Below, piece after piece: positions 20,665 through 31,481 of a stretch of 64,000 nt of DNA. Where the stretch lies: positions 142,125-206,124 of the forward strand of contig CAWJQA010000009.1 of NCBI GenBank assembly GCA_963844885.1. Reading direction: 5' to 3'. The DNA is from an uncultured Holophagales bacterium (GTDB lineage Bacteria; Acidobacteriota; Thermoanaerobaculia; Multivoradales; UBA5704). The number at the start of each line of letters is the position of its first letter. Within the stretch, counting starts at the first letter, position 1. The notes under the pieces were generated by a model. It searched no databases. It was not told the DNA's origin and was given only the letters and a program-made list of their open reading frames with translations. The position numbers and the translations under genes are program-made.

Positions 20665-21102
20665 ATGGATTCCATGGCTCCCGAGGAAAGAAGCGCGCTC
20701 ATGGCACGGATCCGTTCCACGGATACGGCTCCTGAGCTTGTCGTACGACGCCTCATGCACCGGATGGGGTTTCGCTTCCGGCTCCATCAAAGGCACCTCC
20801 CTGGGAAGCCTGACCTCGTCTTTGCGGGGCGCAAGTGCATTGTGCTGGTGCATGGGTGCTTCTGGCACCGCCATGGGTGCGGTCTTTCTTCGAAGCCAAA
20901 GTCAAACAGCGCCTATTGGGAGGAAAAGATCGCCGCTAACATGGCACGCGATACCCGGAACCGCCGCCTGCTCCGAAAGCTAGGCTGGCATGTGATGGTG
21001 GTATGGGAATGTGAGACTCGCCGAGCCGACCTCACTTCGCTCGCCCGCAAGTTGCAGCGGTTTCTAACTGTCACAAGGAAAACAGTGCCAACGCGTCGCT
21101 AG
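20665..21102 (+). CDS. vsr: Very-short-patch repair endonuclease
   Basis: ..RSTDTAPE.., ..LPGKPDLVF.. and GCFWHRHGC.. are typical Vsr motifs. 145 aa. Confidence 0.9.
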   Translation: MDSMAPEERSALMARIRSTDTAPELVVRRLMHRMGFRFRLHQRHLPGKPDLVFAGRKCIVLVHGCFWHRHGCGLSSKPKSNSAYWEEKIAANMARDTRNRRLLRKLGWHVMVVWECETRRADLTSLARKLQRFLTVTRKTVPTRR

Positions 21103-21108
21103 AGATGC

Positions 21109-22269
21109 TCACAGCTGAGCCCACTTGCGGTAGGCTGTGGGGTCGTAGCGTGCGAGCTCTAGCAACCTGGCGGCCTCATCGATCATTTCGGTGTTCAGTG
21201 CTGCGTCTTCCCTGAGGATGCCATCCGCATCTTTGCGTCTCGCGATGCGGTTCATGGCCTTCACGGCCAGCGCACATTCGTCCAGCGAAGTATTTGATGG
21301 TTTCGCCAAGCCGACCGGATCTCCGGCGGGCTCGAAGGTCGGCGTGAAGCGTAAGGCTAGCGAAAAAAGATCCTCGTGCTTGACGCCCGGTTCAACGCGG
21401 TAGCCGATGACGCTTTTGACCTCGACTATCGTCGGAGGGCGATGCCTCAGAGAGATTACAGCAAGCCACTTGCATAGGCCGCACAGAAAAACTGGCAACA
21501 GGCCCGCCGGGTCTGCCACTGCCGCATTCAGCGCGGCCTGATCCTCTATTGCAAAGTATTCCCGCGACCTAGCCTTAAAGTCTGGGCAGCTAACGAGGTT
21601 GGCTAGATATTTTTCGATAAGCTTCGCCAGTGCTTCGGGATGCACGTGCTGTTGGCCCACGCGAGTCGTAAGCAGGAGCAGCCATGGACTCCAATTGCGT
21701 GCCTGCAACGCCATAAGCTTGTTCACGGCGTCGTAGTGCGTGTGTTCAAACGTATCAGGGGCATGCTGGCCAAATCCATCGCATAAGTCGAGGTTGATGA
21801 CATCAAATGGACCGAGTGTGCGCGCCTTTTTCCAGGCAATGGAAGCATCATTGGCGACGAGGACAAAATCGTCGGGTATGACATCGGAGCTCTGGTCGAC
21901 ACGCGGCATACGGCGCACCTCGTCGAGCGAAATGTTCAGCTCAGTTTGCTCCGGGCTCCTTGGCTGGGCAGCGTTATTGAAGCCAAGAAAGCGCAGTTTT
22001 ATATTGCGTGCCTCGCACACCTGTGCGTGGAAATAGCGCAGGTCGAGCAAATCGACACCGGGCAGGCCAAGGTACTTCAGTGTGCCGTCTGCGAGTGGCG
22101 AATCATCGAGCATTCGGCCAATCTGTTCACACCACTGATGGTGGCGCACGAACTGCTTGCGCGGCAGGTGCCACCGCAGGAAGTTTCTCTTCGCCGGCTC
22201 GGGTGCCTCATAGGCACCAGGTGAAACAATGTCGTCTGCGTGGCTGTCGGGCTGTTCGTCGTTCATCAT
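21109..22269 (-). CDS. Hypothetical protein (386 aa), third gene of the MTase/GHKL operon
   Basis: Its start overlaps the GHKL stop (ATGA at 22266-22269). Segments YLGLPGVDLLDLRYF and FDVINLDLCDGF faintly resemble Rossmann/SAM-methyltransferase-fold motifs. I see no nuclease motif. Confidence 0.6.
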   Translation of the reverse strand: MMNDEQPDSHADDIVSPGAYEAPEPAKRNFLRWHLPRKQFVRHHQWCEQIGRMLDDSPLADGTLKYLGLPGVDLLDLRYFHAQVCEARNIKLRFLGFNNAAQPRSPEQTELNISLDEVRRMPRVDQSSDVIPDDFVLVANDASIAWKKARTLGPFDVINLDLCDGFGQHAPDTFEHTHYDAVNKLMALQARNWSPWLLLLTTRVGQQHVHPEALAKLIEKYLANLVSCPDFKARSREYFAIEDQAALNAAVADPAGLLPVFLCGLCKWLAVISLRHRPPTIVEVKSVIGYRVEPGVKHEDLFSLALRFTPTFEPAGDPVGLAKPSNTSLDECALAVKAMNRIARRKDADGILREDAALNTEMIDEAARLLELARYDPTAYRKWAQL

Positions 22270-24263
22270 TCTTCAGGAGCGGCGAGAATTTCGTAGATTG
22301 CCTTAAGTAGTCTTTCCTGCTTGTGCTCGGAAACGGCGTCCAGCAGGCCGAACGATGCCAGCACCTGCGCAATCGACTTTAGCTTCGCTTCGAGTATCGC
22401 TGAGCGTGCTTCCGCTTGCCCCGTCTTCCTTCCCTGCCGAGCAGGCACGATGGCCGATTTCTTGAAGACGAAGGCATCGCCGGATGAGGAGGGGGTCTGG
22501 CCAGATTCCGAAAACTCGATCGCAGGTGGCCGCGCGGCGGGATCGCCAGCCTCCTGTGTCCAAACGTCGTTCGCGACCCGCTGAATGGCCGACAATCTGC
22601 CTTGCGTGCCCTCCTCAAGTGTCTGTTCCCGTACCCCACTGGCAAGGCGCTTCTGCGCGGTGGCTAATTGCCGAAGCGCGCTGTGCAGCCACCTCGTGAT
22701 GTAGACTGCATGCGGATGCGCGTTATTGAAAGATTCGCGGTCGATGTTGAGGGCGCTGTCCAGTCCTTCGCTAACAAAAATCTCGCATGTAATCTGGCGA
22801 AGCCTCGTCTGTTCCGCTACCTGGTAGCGCATGAAAGTAGGGTCAAACAGGGTGCCGCTTGAGCCATGAATACGAATCAGCGAACCCTGATGCTCGGTTG
22901 GTGCCACCTTGGGTGTCCAGAAAAGGTATGCCTCGAAAGCAAGTGGGCCGCCGCTGAGCTCCCGCTGAATCTTTGGAAATTCCTCGCGGCACTTGCCAAG
23001 GAACACGAGCGGCTTCTTCAAGGCATGGCCTGTCGTAGGCAGGCCTTTAAACTTGATCGGGCGAAAAAGCTGTAGATCGTCGAGATAGATCTCAAACTTT
23101 TCAGGCTGGCCCACAGGATCAGAGAGTCCTAGCTTCTCGCGGAGCGTCGTCCCAGGTTTTCTCGAATCGAGATCCTGGGCGGTTCTTTTTGGCTGATTTG
23201 AGAGCAGGAACGCCTCGGCCCAGCCGCCCAGGTCCATGTCGAACAGGTGTCCTTCGACGTAGGGTAGCGGCACAGCAAGGCTCAACTGCCAAACCATGCG
23301 GAGATAATAATCGAAGATGCGGTCTAATTGGGGATTGGGGCTAGTTTGATCCGCGTCTCTATCCCACACGCACTGCACAAGTTTGCCGAAAGCACCGGCA
23401 GGAGAGTCGTTCTCATCCCACGGCAGCGACGCGAACTGATTCGACGTTTTCTTGAGAAGTTGGGCCGAACTGTCGGAGCTATCGACGCGCCCGATGTGGA
23501 ACTTGGGTGGCTTGATGATCTGTTGATCCTCAGGTCCCTGAGAGCCCTCGTTCTGCTGGATTGCCTCCCAAATTTCGCGACTCCGCAATGTGTCGCGGGC
23601 TTGGGGCCGGATGCTCGTCAGCACGATCGTGGTTCCATGTGATTCAAGGTCGGCCGCCTTCTCGCGCCAAATGTTGACCTTGCCAGACTCGAACTTATCA
23701 TCGCCGCCGCGAGCAACAGCGATACCGTCATCAGAGTACTGCCGCAGCGCGACGGTGGCGACTGTGCGGAATCTGTCACCCTTAGTCTTGGTTATAATCT
23801 GAAACGAATATGTGAGCTGGGAGACAGAAAATAGGCCGATGCCAATCTTGCCAATCAGAAACCGGCCGCCCGGACTCCGAAGCGGATCAGCACCCGTGAT
23901 CTCCAGGAGCGGGCCGGCCTCGCTTCGCTTTGCGCTGCCGCCAATGTGGAATAGCATGTGAGCTAGCGCTTCCGGAGTCATGCCGTGCCCATTGTCCTCA
24001 ACCATGATACGATCAAAGCGCGGGGCGTCGGTCTTAATAACGACACAGGTCGCGTCAGCGTCGTATGCATTTGAGACTAGTTCGCGCAGCGCTGATCCGG
24101 GCTGCCGGTAAATGCCGTCAGTTATCCGCGCGATTACACGCTGATCAGTCTTTAGCGTAGTGCGGACAAGGTTGTCGCCGCTTTCGCTACTGCGGATAGA
24201 AGCAGCGAGCTCGTGTTCCTCATGGACTTCGTTCGCTTGGCGTTCGGGCGGCGTGGAACTCAT
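22266..24263 (-). CDS. GHKL-superfamily ATPase (HATPase_c_3 / MORC-Hsp90-like), 665 aa
   Basis: N-box ELVSNAYDA, G1 EDNGHGM and G2 IGKIGIGLFS. The start overlaps the methyltransferase stop (ATGA at 24260-24263). Confidence 0.8.
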   Translation of the reverse strand: MSSTPPERQANEVHEEHELAASIRSSESGDNLVRTTLKTDQRVIARITDGIYRQPGSALRELVSNAYDADATCVVIKTDAPRFDRIMVEDNGHGMTPEALAHMLFHIGGSAKRSEAGPLLEITGADPLRSPGGRFLIGKIGIGLFSVSQLTYSFQIITKTKGDRFRTVATVALRQYSDDGIAVARGGDDKFESGKVNIWREKAADLESHGTTIVLTSIRPQARDTLRSREIWEAIQQNEGSQGPEDQQIIKPPKFHIGRVDSSDSSAQLLKKTSNQFASLPWDENDSPAGAFGKLVQCVWDRDADQTSPNPQLDRIFDYYLRMVWQLSLAVPLPYVEGHLFDMDLGGWAEAFLLSNQPKRTAQDLDSRKPGTTLREKLGLSDPVGQPEKFEIYLDDLQLFRPIKFKGLPTTGHALKKPLVFLGKCREEFPKIQRELSGGPLAFEAYLFWTPKVAPTEHQGSLIRIHGSSGTLFDPTFMRYQVAEQTRLRQITCEIFVSEGLDSALNIDRESFNNAHPHAVYITRWLHSALRQLATAQKRLASGVREQTLEEGTQGRLSAIQRVANDVWTQEAGDPAARPPAIEFSESGQTPSSSGDAFVFKKSAIVPARQGRKTGQAEARSAILEAKLKSIAQVLASFGLLDAVSEHKQERLLKAIYEILAAPEE

Positions 24264-25354
24264 TGGCCGAGGAGCGCTCTCTTTACAGCCTTCGCAATGC
24301 TGCGCGCGAGCGGCGGTGGGACGGCATTGGACACTTGCTCTACCTGCTCCGACAAGTTGCCTTCCAAAACGAACTTATGTGGGAAGCCCTGCAGGCGCAA
24401 TGCCTCGTAGATACTGATCCTGCGGCTTCCATTAGGATGGATATAAATCTCCCGGTGGCCAAACGCGATCGTTGGACTCGCTTTCTGCCAGTCTAGCCGC
24501 TTGAAGCTGCGTCCGTCCACTCTCGCTGCGTCTGGAGCACCAAAGCGCTGTGATTTTGGTGTCATGGTCCAATGGTTAGGATGTACAGGAATTTCCAATG
24601 GAGAAAGGCCGCGCCTGTAGAACGCCGGCGGCTTCAATCCACCGATAGCTTCGCGAACTGTCGACTTGCCCTTTCGTTTTCTTGGCCGCACCTCAGTATA
24701 TCCTTTGCCCCTGCGCATGCCTGACAGCACAATCCTGCGGCGATTCTGCGGCACACCGAAGTCTAAGGCACAGACTTCTTCTTCCCTGGTAGCGAAGCCA
24801 AGGTCGGAAATCCCATTGACAAGCGCCTGGTAGGTGGGCGCGTGCTTTTTGTCGCGGATGCCGAGCACGTTTTCAAAGACGCAGAACTCAACGCTGTAAG
24901 TTTTCTGCAGCTCAGCGATGATTTCGCGGTAGACATCAGGAAGTCTGTTGCGCGGGTCGTCGGCTTGGGCGCTCGTGTTTGCCCGCGAGAAGCCTTGGCA
25001 GGGAGGTCCGCCGATTACGCCGATTCGTTCGCCAGCGCGAATCGATTTCGCAACCAAGGCAGTCACGCCTACAGGTTTTAACTCAATCAGATCAGCGGCG
25101 GCGCTTTGGGTCTCAGGAAAATTCCGTCTATGCGTGCGAAAGGCGGCTTCCGAAGAGTCGATGGCGACCACAATCTGGAAGCCTGCGTCCTTGAATCCAA
25201 GGTCCAGTCCGCCGGCGCCTGAGAACAAGCTTACTATTTTAGGGAGTTCGATGGGCGCCTGAACGGCAGTGGGTAGCGGAGCCACGGCCTTCAGCGGGCT
25301 GGCTGATTCGGAGTACTCCATGCGGACAGCGTCGTGCCTCATTTTCGCGCTCAT
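24260..25354 (-). CDS. dcm: DNA (cytosine-5)-methyltransferase
   Basis: Motif I LFSGAGGLDLGF, motif IV GGPPCQGFS, motif VI FENV, motif VIII QNRRR and motif X SNAVPPPLA. Confidence 0.93.
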   Translation of the reverse strand: MSAKMRHDAVRMEYSESASPLKAVAPLPTAVQAPIELPKIVSLFSGAGGLDLGFKDAGFQIVVAIDSSEAAFRTHRRNFPETQSAAADLIELKPVGVTALVAKSIRAGERIGVIGGPPCQGFSRANTSAQADDPRNRLPDVYREIIAELQKTYSVEFCVFENVLGIRDKKHAPTYQALVNGISDLGFATREEEVCALDFGVPQNRRRIVLSGMRRGKGYTEVRPRKRKGKSTVREAIGGLKPPAFYRRGLSPLEIPVHPNHWTMTPKSQRFGAPDAARVDGRSFKRLDWQKASPTIAFGHREIYIHPNGSRRISIYEALRLQGFPHKFVLEGNLSEQVEQVSNAVPPPLARSIAKAVKRALLGQ

Positions 25355-25446
25355 CTTACCTCATCCTGATGTGCGCCCCAACTGGCGACTCGATGGCCAC
25401 CTGCCGAGCGAGAGGCGCTTCGCGCGAAGCCAGGAGGGAGATAGCC

Positions 25447-26199
25447 TCAGATCGCCGCGCCGAACAGCTCGAGGAGAAGAGTCGTGCGCTCCTCTTCGCT
25501 GTCCAGGATTCTCTCGTGCCTCTCGCCACCGCGGGTGGTGATCAGCTTCATCCCGCTCAGGGTGATGCGCCCGTCCAGCGTCGCGAGGGAGCAGAGGGTC
25601 TGCCGGGTGAAGTGCGAGTCCGGAGAAGTCTGGTGGTAGTGGCACATACCGGCGTAGTCCGCGTACTCGTACGGCTGGAGAGTGAAGCGGTACTGCGGCT
25701 GCCAGGGGTCCTCGGCGCCGTCCCGACGCAGGAGGAGGAGATGACTGCCGGCCTCGTCGATCCGGAAGGCGCGCTCACCCTCCGGCTGCTCTCCGCGCTC
25801 GTCCAGCCGCAGCGGGTCGCGGAACGAATCTCCGAAGCCGACGTCCGCGAGCCAGGGTTTGTCCAGGGTGACCCGGAGCGCCATGTGATCAAACTCGGGG
25901 CCAAAGGTGCCGTCCGCCCTTGCCACGCCGGCCGAGAGTCTATCGACCCGGAATCCGAGGCCGCGCAACAGAGCCGCGAACAGCCCGTTGAGCTCGTAGC
26001 AGAAGCCGCCGCGCCGGCGCGCCACCACCTTTTCGAAAAGGGACGCGTCGTTGAGGACGATCGGCTGGCCGGCGTGGATGCTGAGGTTCTCGAAGGGAAC
26101 CGTCTGGAGATGGGCCACCTGCAAGGCCCGCAAGGTCTCCGCTGTGGGGGCCAGCGGGCCGTGGTAGTCGATCCGGTCAAGGTAAGCCTGAATGTCCAT
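25447..26199 (-). CDS. Arylamine N-acetyltransferase
   Basis: MDIQAYLDRIDYHG.., ..VPFENL.. and the catalytic-Cys motif RRGGFCYELN. The start is placed at ATG 26199; the upstream extension in the track looks spurious. Confidence 0.85.
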   Translation of the reverse strand: MDIQAYLDRIDYHGPLAPTAETLRALQVAHLQTVPFENLSIHAGQPIVLNDASLFEKVVARRRGGFCYELNGLFAALLRGLGFRVDRLSAGVARADGTFGPEFDHMALRVTLDKPWLADVGFGDSFRDPLRLDERGEQPEGERAFRIDEAGSHLLLLRRDGAEDPWQPQYRFTLQPYEYADYAGMCHYHQTSPDSHFTRQTLCSLATLDGRITLSGMKLITTRGGERHERILDSEEERTTLLLELFGAAI

Positions 26200-26280
26200 G
26201 AGCGCCCCTGGCACCTTCTGAAGAAGTACTCCTGACCATGTTCCGGCGCGTCTTGCTTGATACGGCACTCTGTCGACGTC

Positions 26281-26691
26281 TCAGAGCCGCTGAAGCGCCG
26301 CCGCGAGCCGGTCGCGAATCTTTTCGATCTCCTCGGCCGCATAAGGCACGGCCGCGCCGGAGCCCCAGACGGGACCGGGCCAGGCTGGATCGGTTTCGAA
26401 TCGGGCGACAACGTGGATATGGAGCTGAGGTACGATGTTGCCCAGGGCGCCGACGTTCAGCTTGGCCGGCTCGAAAAGCCGTTCCAACGCCCGGCTCACG
26501 AGAGTGATTTCCTCGATGAGCTGCGTCCGATCGTCAGGCGCCAGCTCGTGAATCTCTCGCACCGCTTCCCGCTCCGGCACCAGGATCAGCCAGGGAAAAC
26601 GGCGGTCCTTCATCAGCAGCACATGGCAGAGCGGCAGTCGAGCCACCTCGACGGTATCGCGGGCCAGCGTGGGATGAAGGGTGAAGGGCAT
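26281..26691 (-). CDS. HIT-family protein
   Basis: Histidine triad ..PQLHIHVVAR... 136 aa from ATG 26691. The longer track ORF is Arg/Pro-rich upstream. Confidence 0.8.
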   Translation of the reverse strand: MPFTLHPTLARDTVEVARLPLCHVLLMKDRRFPWLILVPEREAVREIHELAPDDRTQLIEEITLVSRALERLFEPAKLNVGALGNIVPQLHIHVVARFETDPAWPGPVWGSGAAVPYAAEEIEKIRDRLAAALQRL

Positions 26692-26699
26692 GCTGAGAA

Positions 26700-28685
26700 T
26701 CAGGCCGCCGGAGCCACTTCGCCGCGAAGAATAAAGACGAAGGTCGAGCCATCGCCCGGAACGCTCTCCACCCGGATCTCTCCTCCCAGAAGCTCGGCCA
26801 GCCGCTTGCTCATCGCAAGGCCCAGGCCGGCGCCGCTGTAGTGGCGGCTCGGCGAGCCGTCGAGCTGCTGGAAGGGGATGAAAAGCTTCTCCAGGTCGGC
26901 GGCGGCAATGCCGATGCCGGTGTCGCTGACCGCGAAACGGATTTCGACGAGTTTGGCTTCGAGAGGGCGCGCGGAGAGGGTTATGCGCACCTCGCCTCTG
27001 GGTGTGAACTTCACGGCGTTGTCCAGAAGATTGAGGAGGATCTGGCGGGTGCGTGCGCGGTCGCCGATCAGGGCTTCCGGCGTGCCTTCGGCGATGGTGG
27101 AGCGGACCGCGAGACCCTGGCGGGCGGCCATCGGCGCGATGGCCTCCAGGCATTCGGCGACGAGATCTTTCAGGACGAAGGGTGCGCGCTCGACGATCAG
27201 TTTTCTCGATTCCATCCGGGAGAAGTCGAGGACGTCGTCGATCAGCGCGAGGAGAGAGTTGCCGCTGAGCTGGATGGCTTGGAGGTATTCGCGCTGGCGC
27301 GGTTGGAGGTCGGTGGTGGCGAGCACTTCGGTCATGCCGATGACGCCGTTGAGCGGAGTGCGGATCTCGTGGCTGATGTTGGCGAGGAACTCGCTCTTGG
27401 CGCGGCTCGCGGCGAGAGCTTTTTCCATGGCGACCTCCAGGGCCCGGGTGCGGTCGCGCACCTGTTCCTCCAGCCGGAGGCGGAGCCGGTCGAGCTCGTC
27501 ATGAACGCGCCGGAAGCGGTCGGCGAGGGCCATGCCCATCGTCATCAGAACCGCCGCGAAGCCGAAGCCCGTCAGGGAGAGGGGGATCGGCAGGGGGATG
27601 AGCTGCCGCGCCAGCTCCAGGGCCTGGACGCCGATCATGACGAGCCCGCCGACGGCGATCTTCCGCGCCTCCGCTTCGCCCCGCCAGGCTTCCAGGACGA
27701 TCAGCACCGCCGCCAGGACGAGCAGCGGCAAGAGCCACAGCATGCGGGCGAGCGAGCTGGTGATCACCGGCTGGACGCTGGGCCAGAGCCCGATGAAGGC
27801 GGCGATGGCCACGTGGGAAACCTGATAGGCGCGAAGCAGGGGACGGATGGGCCGGGCGAAGAAACTCCAGAGAAACTGGATCGCCACCGCCGCGGCGAGA
27901 TGGCCGGTCAGGTCGCTCGTCCGGACGGCGATGCCGAGCCCGGCGGTGAGCTGGTAGATCCAGTAGGTGCTGGCGAAGGTGTTGACCGCGAAAGCCAGAG
28001 AGAGCAGGCCGAACCAGAGGTGCGCGACCTGGGTGCGGCGGCGCCCGAAGAGGAGAAGGTGGTAGAGGGCCGCGGCGATGAAGAACGCGGCCAGCACGAG
28101 GAGCGGCACCTCGTTGAGCAGGGCGCCCGTCCAGGCGGCGCGCGTGCGGTCGTTCAGAGCCCGATCGAAGCCGAGGATCAGCTCGTGACCGACCGGTCCC
28201 GCGTCAGGGTCCCGGTCCGAGGCCCAGTCCACCCGCCGCACGCGGATCGCGAGGCTCAGGGTCCCGGTCGGCCCGACGGCGTCGCGAGGCACGCGCAAGA
28301 CCGTGGGCTCCGCGAACGGCAGATCGGAGGACCAGCCGCGCGAACGGCCGAGCAGCCGGCCGTCCGCGTAGACTTCGTAGCCGCCGACGTTGGGGGCTCC
28401 CAGGAGCAGGCCCAGACGGTCGCGGTCGGCCGCGAGGCGGGCTTCGTCGTCGAGGGGGATCACCCCTCGGAACCAGGCGAGGCCGTCGAGATCCTGCAGG
28501 CCCTGTTCTTGCCAGGTGGCCGGCAGGGGGACCGCCTTCCAGGCGGAGTCGTCGAAGCCGGGGCTTGCCCAGGCAGGATCATCGCCTGCCCGGACCTTCC
28601 ACTCCGCGGCCGAGGCTCCGGTCGCGAGCAGGAAGGCAAGGAGGCTGATCGCGATCACGAGCGCACGACGTTCGGTTGGGCTCAT
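26700..28685 (-). CDS. Sensor histidine kinase with an N-terminal periplasmic domain plus 7TM sensor module
   Basis: Signal/TM segment, multiple TM helices, H-box [14 protein letters not shown] and an HATPase_c domain (..DNAVKFT.., ..DTGIGI.., ..GAGLGLA..). Confidence 0.88.
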   Translation of the reverse strand: MSPTERRALVIAISLLAFLLATGASAAEWKVRAGDDPAWASPGFDDSAWKAVPLPATWQEQGLQDLDGLAWFRGVIPLDDEARLAADRDRLGLLLGAPNVGGYEVYADGRLLGRSRGWSSDLPFAEPTVLRVPRDAVGPTGTLSLAIRVRRVDWASDRDPDAGPVGHELILGFDRALNDRTRAAWTGALLNEVPLLVLAAFFIAAALYHLLLFGRRRTQVAHLWFGLLSLAFAVNTFASTYWIYQLTAGLGIAVRTSDLTGHLAAAVAIQFLWSFFARPIRPLLRAYQVSHVAIAAFIGLWPSVQPVITSSLARMLWLLPLLVLAAVLIVLEAWRGEAEARKIAVGGLVMIGVQALELARQLIPLPIPLSLTGFGFAAVLMTMGMALADRFRRVHDELDRLRLRLEEQVRDRTRALEVAMEKALAASRAKSEFLANISHEIRTPLNGVIGMTEVLATTDLQPRQREYLQAIQLSGNSLLALIDDVLDFSRMESRKLIVERAPFVLKDLVAECLEAIAPMAARQGLAVRSTIAEGTPEALIGDRARTRQILLNLLDNAVKFTPRGEVRITLSARPLEAKLVEIRFAVSDTGIGIAAADLEKLFIPFQQLDGSPSRHYSGAGLGLAMSKRLAELLGGEIRVESVPGDGSTFVFILRGEVAPAA

Positions 28686-28742
28686 GAGCTATACGGCATG
28701 ATAGCGCGTTTCCCCACGAGCCGGCTCGAAGGGAACCTTACT

Positions 28743-29090
28743 TCAAACAGAGGGTTCGAAAAAGTAGGAAGCCCGTGTCTTGATGCGGCCGTTCTCGAAG
28801 GTGTAGACGTCGGCGAAGCGCACGTCCAGGGCCTTGCCGTTGCGATGCACCCCCGTGAAACGGCCCCAGCTCGCGCCGCTCTCCTCGTCCACCACGACGC
28901 GGGTGAGGCCGTGCTCGCCCGCGGCGATGACCCGCACCTCGCGGTAGAAGTGCAGCAGCTCGTCGATGCCGCGGATGGGCTCGTAGCCGGGACGCTCGTA
29001 GACGACGTCGTCCGTGAAAAAGGCGCGCAGGCCGTCGAAGTCCCGGGTGTCGATCTTGTGGAACATGTCGCGGATGAACTGCTGGTTCAC
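28743..29090 (-). CDS. NTF2/SnoaL-like small protein
   Basis: 115 aa with the pattern ..FFTDDVVYERPGYEPIRG.., typical of SnoaL-like ketosteroid-isomerase-fold proteins. Confidence 0.6.
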   Translation of the reverse strand: MNQQFIRDMFHKIDTRDFDGLRAFFTDDVVYERPGYEPIRGIDELLHFYREVRVIAAGEHGLTRVVVDEESGASWGRFTGVHRNGKALDVRFADVYTFENGRIKTRASYFFEPSV

Positions 29091-29112
29091 GGTTTGCCTC
29101 CCTGAGAACGGC

Positions 29113-30192
29113 CTATCCGGCCAGGTATTGTTCCACGTCGCCGCGCGTGGCCCGCACGGAGATGCTCAGGCGGGGATCGGCCATCGCGGCGAGCAGGCTC
29201 TTGCGCAGCTCGCGGGTGACGGGGCCGGGCTTGCCGTCGCCGACGTCCTGGTGGCCCACCTTGACGACCGGGATGAGGCCGGCGCCGGTACCGGTGAGGA
29301 AAACTTCCCGGTCCGCGCCGGTGAGGTCGCTCGGGAGCATGGCCGATGTCTCTTCGACCGTATGGCCGGCGGCGCGGGCGGCCTTCATGATCAGGCCGCG
29401 GGTGATCCCTTCCAGGCAGTATTCGGCCGGCGGGGTCAGGACGGTGACGCGGCCCGGATCGCTCTCCCAGCCCTCGTTCCGGATCACCAGGAAGAGGTTG
29501 TCGGCGCTGGCTTCGGACACGAACCCCTGCTGGGTCAGCATGAGGGTCTCGGGGCGCTTCTCGGCCAGGGTCTCCAGGAGCGCCCGGATGTTGTTCAGGT
29601 AGTTGCTGGCCTTGACGTTCGGATCGAGGACGTCCGCGCCGGGCCGGCGCACCTGCCGGGCCACGGAAAGCTCGATGCCGCGCTCGTAGAGGGCTTCCGG
29701 GTAGAGCTGGAGGCGCGCGGCGATGGCGAGGACGGTGCTGCCGATGCAGCGCGGCGGATAGATTCCCAGGTCGCCCAGGCCGCGGGTGAGGACGAGGCGC
29801 ACGTAGGCCCGTTCGAGGCGGTCGAGGTCGGCCTCGGCGATGGTCCGGAGAATCTGCAGGGTGAGGTCGACCGGATCGTACGGGACGGGGATGCTCAGGC
29901 TGCGGGCGCCGCTCTGGAGGCGGGCCAGGTGCTCGCGCCAGGTGAAGAGGCGGCCCTGGACGACCAGGAGCCCTTCGAACACCGAGTCGCCGTAGAGGGC
30001 GCCGTGGTCGAAGACGGAGAGGCCGACCTCGTCGGGCCGGAAGATGCCGTGGCGGCGTTCGAGAGGCTCGGCCGTCCCCGGGGTGGCGGTCTCGGTGCCG
30101 GGGGCCGTGCGCAGCACGCGCGGCGTCAGCCCTTCGAGCCAGGGCATGCTCAGGAAGATGCGGCAGGTCTTGGCGATCTCTTGCAGATCCAT
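29113..30192 (-). CDS. Class IV (branched-chain/D-amino-acid) aminotransferase
   Basis: ..GDSVFEGL.., ..KASNYLNN.., ..EASADNLFLV.. and ..LEGITR... The start is set at ATG 30192 (MDLQEI..); the upstream track extension is shadow sequence. Confidence 0.8.
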   Translation of the reverse strand: MDLQEIAKTCRIFLSMPWLEGLTPRVLRTAPGTETATPGTAEPLERRHGIFRPDEVGLSVFDHGALYGDSVFEGLLVVQGRLFTWREHLARLQSGARSLSIPVPYDPVDLTLQILRTIAEADLDRLERAYVRLVLTRGLGDLGIYPPRCIGSTVLAIAARLQLYPEALYERGIELSVARQVRRPGADVLDPNVKASNYLNNIRALLETLAEKRPETLMLTQQGFVSEASADNLFLVIRNEGWESDPGRVTVLTPPAEYCLEGITRGLIMKAARAAGHTVEETSAMLPSDLTGADREVFLTGTGAGLIPVVKVGHQDVGDGKPGPVTRELRKSLLAAMADPRLSISVRATRGDVEQYLAG

Positions 30193-30300
30193 AGGTGTGA
30201 TGGAGGGCTGGGCGCCCGTCTCCTCCTCCTTCTGTCTTGACCCGGACTCTATCAACCAGAGATAGTGCGATGAACCGGCCGATGCGCGCCAGGAGCTGAC

Positions 30301-31481
<1,181 letters not shown>

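Noticed and set aside
20494-25446. Calling the lower-GC island a mobile element
   Set aside because: I could see no integrase, transposase, recombinase, tRNA target, inverted ends or flanking direct repeats. Only compositional and junction evidence exists, so I report it as a finding and not as a mobile_element feature.
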